Shown here one piece after another: positions 1 through 12,207 of a stretch of 64,000 bases of DNA. Both the position numbers and the translations under genes were made by a program. Under the pieces are notes generated by a model that worked only from the letters and a program-made list of their open reading frames with translations, did not search any database and was not told the origin of the DNA. How positions within the stretch are numbered: the stretch's first letter is position 1; every line of letters starts with the position of its first letter. This stretch comes from Phoronis australis (taxonomy: Eukaryota > Animalia > Phoronida), in the NCBI GenBank assembly GCA_002633005.1, contig NMRA01000044.1:400594-464593 (forward strand), read 5' to 3'.

Positions 1-153
1 TGAAAGATTTAGAGAAGCAGTGTGATGCCCATTATTCAGAGGAGAAAACTGGTTCTCATACAACACTTAACAACCCAACATTCCAAAACTTGACTGAGAA
101 TAGTGATCTTAACCAATGATTGTATAATTACAAGGGTCAAGCATTGGCCTCAC

Positions 154-241
154 CTTGATAACAACGTCAAAGAAACCCTTCAAATTGGGGGCACTGACAG
201 GTGTATACTGGCGAGTGATTACCCGTCCATTAACTTCAGCT
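154..241 (-). CDS. CYB5RL: NADH-cytochrome b5 reductase-like, internal coding exon (FAD-binding domain); the gene continues beyond the left edge of the window
   Basis: Minus strand ttttcag|A...ATCAAG|gtgagg. Encodes (K)AEVNGRVITRQYTPVSAPNLKGFFDVVIK with the RxYTP flavin-binding motif of the cytochrome b5 reductase family. Phase matches the upstream exon (AA|A = Lys). Confidence 0.92.
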
Positions 242-1247
242 CTGAAAAGTAACATGTCTTTAAAGCATGCATTTAGACCATGTTTGCATTTAACTCGAAA
301 TGTTGCGAGGAGCATTTGATGAAACCGTAGCAGTGAAAGCTTGAATGCGAAGAATTTTGTGAAAGTCTGTCAACTAAACATTTTCTTACCACTTCCCTAA
401 CAATGTAAAAACTACATTCACTCATCCCTTGGATACTTGAACACAATTCTGTGATCTATCAAAGCACATTTGCTTCCTTGATTATTAGGCCATCCATCAA
501 ATTTTCTTCATTTCAACTCACCCTACCCCAACACCACTAATATGGGTGGGGCATCGTGAAAATGATACAGAGAAAGGTAAAAATTCTTAAATTTGAGACA
601 AAAATAATTCCTAAAATTTCAATTTTTCTAATTTTCATAAGCTTACTGCATCGTACACATGCTAAAAATTCCAACAAATGTTTGGTGATAGCAAAACTGT
701 TCAAACTGGATAGTTATTTTTGCTGAAAAAATTTGACAATAAAATTTCAATCATTTGTCATATTGTGTCCCAAACCGAGACAAAGTGTACAATGAAAGCA
801 TTCCAAGACCTGGTGCAGGGACCTTATACTTCGATTCTAAATTGGAATTATTTTTGGAATTTTCCATTCTACACTTGAGTGAACTCAAGATAAGTGTTTA
901 TTATTCTATGCTTGAGTACATAATGACTTACGCGGATAATTTTTAGTCCTAGTTTGCAGAAGATAAACCCGACATTGAGGCTAAAAGTTCGAGTTTGAAC
1001 TCGAAATTTCGAGTTTTTACACGAATTTGTAGCACGAATATAAGGGTGCAAACTTGGACTAGAAACTCATATGCGTAAACTATAATGTATTTGAGCACCA
1101 TCTAATAACCACTTATCTCGAGTTCGCACAAAAGTAGCATAGAAATTGCCAAAAACAATTTCGATTTTTTTCGAGTACAAAGATTAGATTCTGACCCAGG
1201 TCCTGGCAGCTCCATCTACAAATGTGATATATTGTAAAAGCACTTAC

Positions 1248-1381
1248 TTTAGGATAATGTGCTGGCCAATGTCCAACCCTATAATGCCATTGTCTGGAAC
1301 ATGGAATCGGTAGAGGAACGTATCATCCGTGACTTGAGTAACAGCTTCAATTCTAAATAGACGATAGTGCGTCTGTTGCAA
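1248..1381 (-). CDS. CYB5RL: NADH-cytochrome b5 reductase-like, internal coding exon (start of FAD-binding domain)
   Basis: Minus strand ctatttcag|TTG...CTAAA|gtaagt, 134 nt. Encodes LQQTHYRLFRIEAVTQVTDDTFLYRFHVPDNGIIGLDIGQHIIL(K), with the typical T..DT..YRF...G..IGQHI pattern. Too short to appear in the ORF track. Confidence 0.9.
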
Positions 1382-2122
1382 CTGAAATAGTATCACATGT
1401 TTGAAATATTTCAATATTATCGTAGAAAAATCAAAGAAAAAATGGAACCAGTATTAACTTTAAACACCAACCAAGTATTGAAACCTCTCCACCAACAGGA
1501 CAAAATGAGAACAGTGATCCAGCATTCAAAATCTCAAGATGAGCATCATTTCATAACTGCTAAATTAAAAAATTGGACATACAACAAATGGTTCTGTGCT
1601 GAGCGTACTACTCTGCTGCAAATGCTCGAGATTTTGTCAAATGATGTTAAAAGGCGCCTGTATAGCACCAACACGGTTAAACTGGTCATTTCGGATATGT
1701 TGTGTCCATGATTAAAAACACAGTAATTTTACAGATTGATGTTACCATATAATTCATTGTTGCGTACTAGTGTTCAGTAGAAGAAAATGTAAAAGTATCA
1801 ATATAATTACAACTTAAAGATACCGCAAACTTGCGTTCTGTCAAAGAAACAGACTTTCGATTTAATCAGTCCTCTTATGAAACTGTTTAGACATAATTCC
1901 TTAANTTAGCAGTAATAAGGCTTAGCGCGACGACGTATTTTGATAGAAATTCCATCTTTTACCAGTTGTTTACATGCAGACAGCCACGCATGCGCAATTC
2001 AATCACCACTAGTACAGCAGCGACACCGCGAGGAGAATTCTCCGAATAGCCCCATTTCATGACCGAGTAATCTAAATCAAATACTTCATTTTATGACAAA
2101 AGGTGGGTTTGTTATACATATG

Positions 2123-2206
2123 TGGTCCCGATGGCTGTGGCTAGAGTGTGTGCGCAGTTAGCAGAAGATCCTGGGTTTGAGTCTCAGTCAGGGGCAGAGA
2201 TTTTTC
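2123..2206 (+). repeat. Possible degenerate tRNA-derived (SINE-like) fragment in a CYB5RL intron
   Basis: tggctgtggctagag (A-box-like) followed by gatcctgggtttgagtctc (B-box-like, cf. GGTTCGAGTCC). No intact cloverleaf. Confidence 0.3.
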
Positions 2207-2302
2207 AGACTTATGTTAATTAGGTCACGTGATGTGGCCAACACGTGGCGTGAAAACCACTTAAAATGTTTGTGAAAGGTGAGTTTATAGCAACTTTAAT
2301 AC

Positions 2303-2524
2303 CTGACTAACACATAAGGCACGTGACACCACTTCCCCAGCTCGAATCTTGTCACACGCCAGTCTCCATTTCTTCAGACTGTCCTTGTAGATGTCAAACA
2401 CACACTGCACACAGCCATTACCACAACAGTCACTGTCTAGAGGCTCTTCAGGTTTTGGAGGAAATTCATGCCTATCCTCAATATTTGCTTCGGCCGGTGT
2501 CATTTTCTTAATCAATATTCGCAA
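2303..2524 (-). CDS. CYB5RL: NADH-cytochrome b5 reductase-like, first major coding exon (Oxidored-like N-terminal domain)
   Basis: atatag|TTG...AGTCAG|gtatta. Encodes ...MTPAE...FPPKPEEPLDSDCCGNGCVQCVFDIY, the P.P..P...CCG.GC..CV.D.Y Oxidored-like motif that is fused to a b5-reductase domain in CYB5RL. Phase 0 donor matches the next exon. Start is either the ATG at 2503 or a spliced ATG at 2650-2648. Confidence 0.92.
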
Positions 2525-2779
2525 CTATATAAATATGCAAGCTTCACAGTGCCAACTGAGTCCGTTATGACAAGAATGCTGCCAAATGGAAAGCAATCAA
2601 GAACTGCAGCCGTGTCATGAAATGATCTCAGACATATGAGCAATTACCATGTAATAATCTGAGTATATGAAAATGAGTCCCCTTTACGCAACAGATAACC
2701 AAAACTTCTTAAAAGCATTTCCTGAAAACACTATGCATTATTCGAAGCTATTTCAAAAATCAAGCCAACAGACTGTCAA

Positions 2780-2982
2780 TCAACATCTGATGTTATCGTT
2801 CGACTGGCGAGGTTGTGGCTTTGTCATATCCATGTTCATTTCATACATGAGACAAGTCCACCATGAAAACCCTTCTTCTGCTGTAGTTTTTGATGGCTGA
2901 CAACAGGTGTCAGTTGCTTCAGCTTTGCGTTTCTTGCAATGATTTTGTTGTTCAAGTTTTTTGCAGCGTTCAGTTACATTAC
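2780..2982 (-). CDS. Second exon of a candidate spliced 82-aa small ORF upstream of CYB5RL (unknown product)
   Basis: Strong acceptor ccttcttcttgcag|GT. Open frame (G)NVTERCKKLEQQNHCKKRKAEATDTCCQPSKTTAEEGFSWWTCLMYEMNMDMTKPQPRQSNDNIRC*, in phase with the 3760-3805 exon. Confidence 0.5.
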
Positions 2983-3759
2983 CTGCAAGAAGAAGGTAAG
3001 TCATAACTACATGGTTTTAACAAAAATTTTCTTCATCACATAGTTAAATGAGCCTTGTTGTTTGCAAGTAGGCACAGCCTTTTGAAGTTGAATGATTTAA
3101 CCAAACAATGACTTCAAAAAAGAGCCTCCTGACCACAGTATAGTCTGCCCCTCAATCATCAAGTAGGAGCACCGCCCGCTAGAACTTATAGACCTAATTT
3201 TTGAAATTTTTAAGTTTATCTGAGCAATTCATTAAATTGAGACAATGACAATCTACATTAATTCATTAAATTAAGATGAAAACACTCTAGGGATTGCAGT
3301 GCCAAATTAGCAGGTATAGTTTAAAAATTGAGTCAGAGACCATAGTGCGTGAACCACCAACTCTGTATATTCTAAATTCTGTGACCTTGCACACAAGCTG
3401 TAACCAACACCATTGGTCATATCATCACTATTGGCATTTTATGTAATATACACATTTTACTTCTGACAAGTAGGCCTATGCCGTCTGCTCACAAAGCGAA
3501 AGCTGAGATGAGCAATGGAAGAGCCAGTGGTGCCTCCAATAAAAATTTCATAGGGAAATATTGCAGTTGTCAATCTGTTGTCCATAATCTATGTTGCATT
3601 GCAGCAATTGAAAAGAACTTAAAAATTACACATGCATTGACGAACAAAGTTGGTACAACCATGGTGTAACCACAGACTGTTGGCCTGATTTTGCAGAGGT
3701 AATAACTGAATAATAGGCCCATTATTTAGTTCTCTAAATCAGGGACCATAGCACCTCAC

Positions 3760-3805
3760 CAGTGCTTAATGGTATTCTGATGGCATCATGTGTGTGAAAT
3801 GACAT
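3760..3805 (-). CDS. First coding portion of the candidate small ORF (exon probably 3760-3817)
   Basis: Branch-point-like cactgac, pyrimidine tract ttttacttttttacttttaccaag, then CCAATTCTAGAA ATG...ACT G|gtgagg. Encodes MSFHTHDAIRIPLST+G with a phase-1 donor. Confidence 0.5.
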
Positions 3806-4199
3806 TTCTAGAATTGGCTTGGTAAAAGTAAAAAAGTAAAACTCAGTGTCAGTGAGTTGGTGAACTGAGAGTATCAAAATCACTCAGATCATCAGACTTG
3901 TCACTTGACATCTGTCACCACTGAACACTTGCTTTGTTCACCAATGGGGCTCTGACCATGGATATCCTTCAATGACATTTTTGACCATGTCTGTTTTATC
4001 AGAGCGCACGAGCTTAGGCCAACAGACACCAACAAAAATGCGCAACCGCCACACAGAACTACAACACAGCTAAACAGAGACCGTAGTTAGCGTCTTTGGC
4101 TAAAGATCATTAATTTCCATAAGCATCTGCCAGATGTCGCTTCCAGAATTAGTCCGTGACAAACAAATAATCTGCTTCTTCTAACTATTGGAGAGACAT

Positions 4200-4620
4200 C
4201 AAGAATAGTACTACATAAAATTGAATGTACCCCCAAGAAAATTTGCGTTAATTACACTTTATTCATTCGAAATTAAAATGAATTGTTACCCAGCATTCTC
4301 CGTGAATGTTTATTTATTCAAAATGGCCGCGCAAGGTAGGTTGCTGTCAAACATGTTGCAATATTGCAATATTGTCCCGTTTCCTCGTTACTATGTTAGA
4401 TAAATCTATGCTAGAAGGTCAAGGTTTTTATACAGGTTTGACAACTTTTTGGTTTTCCGGCTGTGTCGGATTTTAAAAAAAGTTTTTTACTTTTTGTTTG
4501 ACGTCTGCTACGAAACCGAGGGAAAACAATCCCCCGGCCCGGGATGGGTGTTCCCATAGATTTCGACCGTGCGTAAACATTTAATCAGTGACTCGAAACC
4601 TTTCAACTAGACGACGTAGC
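4200..4620. promoter_or_regulatory. Putative bidirectional promoter region between CYB5RL (-) and FNDC3 (+)
   Basis: Divergent gene arrangement, YY1-like AAAATGGCCGC at 4320-4330, and locally more CpG dinucleotides than in the adjacent introns. Confidence 0.55.
4300..4335 (+). other. Probable first (5'UTR) exon of the FNDC3-like gene; start coordinate approximate
   Basis: AAAATGGCCGCGCAAG|gtaggt is a strong donor directly after a YY1-type motif. It could splice to the acceptor tttacttttcag| at 9496. Confidence 0.55.
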
Positions 4621-7600
4621 AATGTTATGTATTTATGGGCTTCGATTTATGTCAGAAACTTTCAGTTTTCCATCTGAACTAGGTTCAGACGAGACCATAT
4701 GCGATGTTTTTGTGACATTTAAGTGGTCTTTAAAATTTAAAATGACAGTTCAGCATAATTAAGGCAGTAGGGTCATTTGTTGTTGCACATCTCATAGGTT
4801 GTAAATGTCAAATTTTCTGACCTTTGTTTGTTAAATTAAATGACTGACACCACTGGCCATGTGAGCTGTGTAGAAAATCACATGTGTACAGCGGGTATCA
4901 CACACAGGTCGCTGATCAGTGATGTGAGTGTTGAGCAACTGCCACTTGGCAGTGATTTAGAGAGGCTTTTTACGACTGTATGTCATGCCTTGAACTGGAA
5001 ATTTACAACAGCTGTTTAATTTGTAAAATCACGTCAACATTAGTATTTCTCGCTGTCATGGCCGGCAATTGATCCCACAACCCTGGCTTATGAGTTTAAT
5101 GCCTTCACATTTTGCAGGTTTAATCGTGTATGGAAATTATAGAGTTGTGTCCTGCGTGGGCGTGGGTGTTGTATTTTATGTTGTTTTCATCTTCTTACTT
5201 TTATCTTTGGTGTACTAAAAGTCTATAGACGAACTTCAAATTATGTTGGTCCAGAAATTTTGGAGGTGATGGTTTTTTGATTTCACATAATGGTTGCAGA
5301 TCTGACCTCAATCCAAAACTTTCGAGATTACCAGCTGCCAAGTTTTGTAAGATATTCATTATTTTTGTGCTCAACATTTGTCAATTGGCTTATAGTGTCT
5401 AGTCCATTCAGTGTTTTCTGATAATTTAGCCTACAAAGTAATCTGAAAAGCAGGGCCCTTGATGCCTTGATTTTTAGGGTTGAATATTGGCCCCATTCTC
5501 CTTTGAAAAATATTAAACGTCACGCAAATTTCCCTTCATATGGCCCAGAAAAAACCTTCCAATCATTAAAATCTCCCCACCAGTTTTACAAATGCAGATG
5601 TTTTACACATTTAGCATCTTAACCGTTCTGGTATTCATGACATACATGCTGTATTTTCTGTGCCACAGAAGATAATCACGTTTGATTTGTTTTTCATTTT
5701 CAAAGGACTAAACATTGTCGTGATTGTTTGCAATTTCTCGAAACATTGTTTGATGGTAAAGAACTTTTGAAATAATGCTGTCTTGGATAAATGATGCCAT
5801 TTATACTTTTTTAAAAAATGAAAAAATAAAATTCTACCTGCTTGGCTTATTGTGTCCTTTGTGACATTCTACTGCAGGTAATTGTTAATGAGCAATTATG
5901 GAGTAGTTTGTCTCTGCTATAATGATAATATTGCTGCTTGGACCTGTTTTTATTGAGTACGGTAATTACTACATTCCAAAAATACTTTAGATTAAGAGAT
6001 TTCGTTAGGAGAATACTTATCAAGTTTTTTGAAACACTTTGAATGTCTGATTTCTTGACAGCGAATGAGTTTACCACATCTAGGTTTTGTACCATTTTCC
6101 TGTGAGCAGCTGTGCGTTTGTCTTAAACTCATGAGGAAAGTTACATGTCTGAATTGGCCTATTGATGAGGACATGTGAATTCAAGTTTTAATCAACTGAA
6201 GTGCCCAGTGTTTGAAAGTGCAAGTTGGTAATGCAAAACCACAAAGTACCCAATTGTAGCTCTTGATATATCTGTTAATCAAAAACTGGGAAAGTGCACT
6301 GTGGCCTGAACACTAAGGCATGAAGCTGAGAATGTTTGTTGTGTGCCAAGTCATCATATTGATGGTGTTAATCTTGGATGTATGGTGAAAAGACACATGG
6401 CAGTGACTAGGTTAGGTCTGTTATTTTTTTGTACTTAGGTAGAGCGGGAAAATGTATAATGTATGGGAATCTTATCTTAATTTGGTCATTTGATGTTTTT
6501 CTAAAACTGAAAAGTGTACAGAGAAACAAATTTATACAGGCATATTCCTGACCAGAACGTGTGTTCTTTGGGCACACCTGATAATAAAAAGTGCATATTT
6601 TCAAAAAAGTTGTGCCTAGCAAAATTAGTATTTATGAAAGTGGTAACATATGAAACAGAAACCCAAGGGCAATCGAAATAAGAACAGTCATGTTTTACCC
6701 GACTGGCTGTAAGTTGACTGCATCGTGGGGCGCGCACTGGTGCAATGTACTTGCGTCCGTATTATTTTTGTATATGCCAAAGGCGCAAAAGCGTAGTCCA
6801 GGATTATCCCTGTTTATATGTCAAAAACAAATTTGTAAATGCACATAACTGGGGTTTCACTTGTCTTGTGTTCTAGTTAAGTGACCCATTTACTTGACAT
6901 TTTCCTGTTTAAAATTAGTATGTAGTGCATGCTTATATCTTATCTGCCCTTTAGGTAAACATGTAACAATTGAATGTAACATACTTGTAGATCTCTGTAT
7001 TAGTGACAATGTCCCATCATTGACCTGGTCTGCCAGTCTGTAAATGTCATGGGAGAACAAATGCACTCGTGTTAAGAATGGATCTTGTTTTAGGATAGCA
7101 TTTGCCGGTCTGTCTTTGAATATTCCCATTCACTTGTGTTTGTTGAGATTGTAGTCGCGTACAAACATTTCTGAAAATCAGTGTCCATTTTTTTGGACCA
7201 TTGTGTTATTGTTTTTTCTCTTGCTTTGATTGTCTATACTGATGATGTTTGCAAATTGACCACTTGTTTGGAAGTTGTCATAGTGTTTACAAGTTGACAA
7301 TTGTTGAAAAGTGCTGTGTCTGTGGAGGCTCTGGTTTTTCTTTGTCAAATATAGTGAAATTCCTTTTTTCCTTTTTGTAAATTACAAAATTCCTTTGACT
7401 ACTTCAAAGTGGTAAGAGAATTCCAGGCTATTTCCCTGAATTACGTCACTGCTACGTTTTACCCATAACTTGCAGCATGCCGTGTTTTGTGTTTGTCAAA
7501 ACCGGGAAAAAGAACAGCACCCCCTTCAGAAAAAATGAATTGCCTGAAATGTCCAATTCGAAACGACCATAAATTGATTTGTGGCCAGAAACATGGAATT

Positions 7601-9529
7601 TGTTGAATTTTATTCTTGATTAAAAAACAAAGATATTGGAATTATGGTATCTAACTGCTGATCTATGTGAATTCTGGTCGATGCCTCTAATTCTGTAAAG
7701 AAGTCAGGTTCCGTGAATTCCACTAGTTATCCATTACGTGGAAAATAAGGGTGTCTATACTTTCGGATTTCCAGTTGACCATGTATTATAGTTGTTATTT
7801 CCTTATCCCATTTGGTTGTAGCCGCTGTTGTTTTCGTCTGTGTGAACCCTGCATTTTTACCTATATGATACTTTCCTGATGTATCGTAGATGCCTCAACT
7901 GTTTTTTTTCATTGGTCTCAACTTCCTTCTTGTTCTGACACATGTGTTTAAGTTCACACCTTGCTAATTCCTGGAGATTTTCCTTGAGTCAACTATCAGC
8001 TGAATTCACCCACTGACCCCTTGTCTTATGATTTGGAGTTGTTGCACTTAGCTTGTGGCCACTGCTGTGGTATGCCAAGAATGCAACTCTATGTTTAACC
8101 CAAACCTTGTTGACTGGGACCAATCTGGGCTGTGACCCCCCAGCTCCTTCTCATTGGCTGGGCTGAAAATTAGCTCTGACCCTGACCCATTGTCATTGGC
8201 TGGGGCATGTCTGACCCCTGAGCAGATCTGGGGATGAATGTGTTCTCTGGTCTCTTTCTTTTGTCCTGATACAAGTAAAGATAGCTTCTTCATTCATACT
8301 AAACTGTCTATAAATAAATGGTGACTTTAAGCTATGGTGATCATTAACCCTGTTTGATTATGTTTATTTTTATATTACCGCTATTGCTACAGAAGCAGGT
8401 TTTAGGGGGCTGGAACACAACCAACAAAAAGCTACTGGCACACCATTTTTAAAGGGTACACAGACTTTAATCCTTGAAAACCTACACTTGTGGCCGCCTG
8501 CCTTTCAACACCCTAGATTCCCAGGTGTGCAAGTATGAGTAACACTGATTTTTCATGATAACAAAATTTTGAAGAAAGACACGAGTTCAACAAGATTGTC
8601 ATGCTCAGACAAATATGGATTGGCAATGGTTGTTTTTTTCCAGGATAAATTCAGATTTTAGATGCACATGAACTGTTAAGTCACCCACTTTCTAACAGTG
8701 CTTCATTCTGGATGTTGGTGGGTTTCTCGTGCAAGCCCATGCTCCAAGAGCTTGTTGACAAACAGAGTTGTTCGTTGTCTTTCCGTCAAGGTTTAGTACA
8801 TACCTGTCGAATCCAAATGTGAACTGTTCATGAAACTGAAAATATTGCATCCAGCAAAGGGTATTTTTAGTGTACAACATTGGTATGATACAGGGGGGAA
8901 CTCAAAATTCAGTGTTGCATGTAAAGCAAGGGACCTTTCAATAGAAACGATCAATCGCACAGGTCCTTCGTGGCACGAATGTCCCAATGCCGATGAAGTC
9001 ATCTACTGACTCTGACTATTCAGATGTCAAAAATATGAGACCACCTAATGAATTGAATATTGAGTCGCCCGTTGATGTAAGATTTTTTGTACTGGTTTCT
9101 AGTTGCAAATAATATAGTTTGCACGGTGCCAGGTGATGCGCCAGATGCGGTAATGTATGCGAATTCTCAGCACTGTCCTGGTTAGTGTGACGCTTTGTTT
9201 CAGCTCCACAAACATTCAGATCCTGGTCGTGGAATATGAACAGAACTCGAACCATACATGTACAGAACCACATGGTTTTAGTATTTCCTGGTGTTCATGT
9301 CAAATTCGGGATATTTTTTCTCTGTCGCTTTTGTGTGGGTGCCTTATTGCTTGATGTTCTTTTTTATGTGGCAAGCTGGTGGTTGTTTATGATTTCTCGT
9401 TTGTTAACACGTGTTGATTTATCTTGCCTGTATTTGCTTTGACGGGCAGGAGTCAAATCTAGTGATATTGAAAGAGATTTTTAATTTACTTTTCAGTTGG
9501 ATAGTTATTATGTTTCTACCTGTTAACCA

Positions 9530-9893
9530 ATGGCTGATCAGAGTTGCACAATGAAAAACACTATCAAGGTCACTACTAGTAACGGATCGTCGGTTGGCTG
9601 CAGCCAACAGAATGGACGCCACAGCCCAACGGGCGGTGCTTCTGATAAGGAGACATCCAATGGTGGTTGCTTACTGGCACCGGTCCCCGCAGTCGGTGTG
9701 GTTGCGCCTTTCAACGCCAGTCCCGTGTACAGCGAAGGGATGCTGGCTGGCAGCGATCAGCGGTCGGTGTCCCCGAGCTCACGTGGCAGTAGCCCGCAGA
9801 GTGCCGCCAACGCGCCGCATGTTGTTCACGTGCATGTGCAGCCGGGCGAAACGTTCACAGTGCGCATGGGCGAACAGATGCAGCGCATACCAG
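9530..9893 (+). CDS. FNDC3: Fibronectin type III domain-containing protein 3 (FNDC3A/B, miles-to-go)-like, first recognisable coding exon (exon 9497-9893)
   Basis: GC-rich ORF MADQ...HVVHVHVQPGETFTVRMGEQMQRIP G|gtacgt resembles the conserved FNDC3 N-terminal VxVxPGExFTI....Q.I.GPA motif. Phase-1 donor. Confidence 0.88.
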
Positions 9894-12207
9894 GTACGTC
9901 CTGCGTAGATGTGCAGTCTGTGTGTTGTCTTGTGCCGCTGTTGTGCCAGTGTTGACAAGGTCGTTTCAAGGTCATGCTCCTTTCATGGTTTCCCCCTCAT
10001 CATCAAGGGATCGTTTCCCTATGCCCCGTCGCATATATAGGTCTTCATTCAGAAGATATTCTGTATGGTTAGGCCCCTCGATGCCTTGATTTTAAGGTCC
10101 TGGTAGGAAAGCTTTACGTGTACAAAAGATGAACGTTTGCAACATTTTTGAGTAAAATTGATTTTGTGTCATAAAACTTAATGTTGTAAATTGTGAACTT
10201 AGTCCCAGTAAAATGTTCTACAGAAATTATGCCGAACAGTTGTGTGATGGATGGGTGACCTGAAAGTCACTGTAAAGGGGTCACAATTCCAAAGGTCTAA
10301 GTGAGTACCAAAAGTCCAAAAATAGAGTTTATTTTTAGAATTGTCTTTGGGAATGTTACTTTCCAAGAGCTTTACATTTTTTGGAAATGGTGCTTGATGT
10401 TGTCATGTTTTAGTCACTTTGAATCAGATGGTTTTTCCAGAAAAGTTAAGAGATTAGATTTTCCATTCATTTAGGTGTAAGACAGAATGTTAGTGTGCTA
10501 AATAATGTTTTTGTGTGAACAACTTCTACCAACCTCGATAAATACTTCAGTTTTTGTATTCGTGAAAAACAGTGCCTAGATATCTTTTCAGTGCTGTGAT
10601 TTGTCAGCTTGCAGAACTTTTTCAGCTCAAGACCTTCATGGCCATCAATAAAGGTCTTTGAATTGCAATGACGCTAAAAGTTCTACGAATGAACTAATAA
10701 TGCCTTTGAAAAGGTTTTCTGCAATCATGTTATGCACGGCTTATCCATCCTTGTGTGATTGTCGTAACTTGAACCTGCAAATACAGCAGCCTTGTCTTGT
10801 ATCCGGGTGCACCTTGCTGTTTCTCAGAATTCTTAAAATAGCGCCTGATGTCAATTGAGGCTGGTCAGAATATTCTTTAATTTTCTCATTGGCATAACCT
10901 GTTTGTCTGGCAATTTTCAAGTGTCCCCCATGTACAGATCTTGATTGATGATACTTTAGGTTTGTTTTGTTTAAAAGGGCAGGAACCTGGAGTTTTGTAA
11001 CACCGTTTTGTTGCAGGTTGCTCTTGATACTGTTGAGCACTGCTAATTGAAACTGAGGAAATAATTTGTGGCATTTCTGTGGATTCTTTGTTGAGTTCAT
11101 ACAGCCGAAGCTCTAGTTTTCCAATTTTGCTTGGAGCATTGTTGAGCGGACATTTTTCCTGTCTTCCTTACATTGCTTCATTTGTGAATTTCGATGTTTG
11201 CCTTTTGTCGCAAAACACGTTTTTTTCGTCCTGCTGCTGTTTTTTGCTGGATTAATTTGCAGGTGGAACTACTTAAGAAATACCAGGGTTGACTGCCTGG
11301 TGGAGAGCTGATGGATGTGTCTTTCATTTGTCAGCATGTTTTTGTTGTGGGTACCAGTCTGGTTTGCTGTGACCAAAGCCCTTCAGAACAGTGTTATCTG
11401 CAACCAACCTGGGGGAATGATAACACTGGACATGTTGTTCAGATATTCACAACAGTACCACCAGTGGGGTGCAAATGAGTTTGCGCAGCAAACACATGGG
11501 TGCAAATACACCAACACACACCAAACATGTACTTTAAGCCAAAGGAGATGCAATATAACACACTCTGTTCGGAAAACATGAAAGGTTCTGCAAATGTTGC
11601 AGAATGGCTTATAAGTAGATGATGAGAGTTGTCAATGGTGATCCTTGGTTCTTGGTAGAATGCAAATTGTGCTAATTTCATAACACTGTCTGTATTGTTT
11701 AAGTAATTAGCTTATATCTGGACTGATGATCAGGCATTGGTTTGCACTGTACCAAAAAAAAAACACCACATTTAGTAGTCTATAAATGTATTTTTCTGCT
11801 GAAGCTGTTGTGTTATAATCCTGTAGTCCAGAATCATGGTTTATGGATTTTGTGAACGATTCCTAAAATTGTACATACAGCATCCTCCACATCTCGTTGG
11901 CAGTCGTCAAGGATGCTTACTGTTTGTCTTGCTGTTGGTGAGATTATGTCTACAAATGGAATTAGCTCTGTGTTTCTCTGTGCAGGAACACTTCATTGGC
12001 TATAAGGACACTCCCTTCCTGCTTACCGGTGAGGCTTAACGCAGAAATCACAAAGTGGTCTGTTTATGAGAGATAATCAGTCTATTTCGTGAATATCATA
12101 AAACCAGTTCATGATTCGAAGGTACTCCGTGAGCAAAAATTTACCATGCTAATCTGCACACCATGCTTTTGCATTTTGATCATCTTTTCTGTTGATCCAC
12201 AGATGCC

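Noticed and set aside
804-1206. Possible TIR pair ccaagacctgg...ccaggtcctgg
   Set aside because: Short, imperfect and without a clear TSD.
1397-1711. 104-aa plus-strand ORF
   Set aside because: Antisense within a CYB5RL intron, with no recognisable motif or splice support.
2123-2206. Functional tRNA gene
   Set aside because: Only A-box- and B-box-like remnants; no cloverleaf or anticodon arm.
9594-9908. Overlapping alternative-frame 104-aa ORF in the FNDC3 exon
   Set aside because: Expected shadow of a GC-rich coding exon; no independent evidence.
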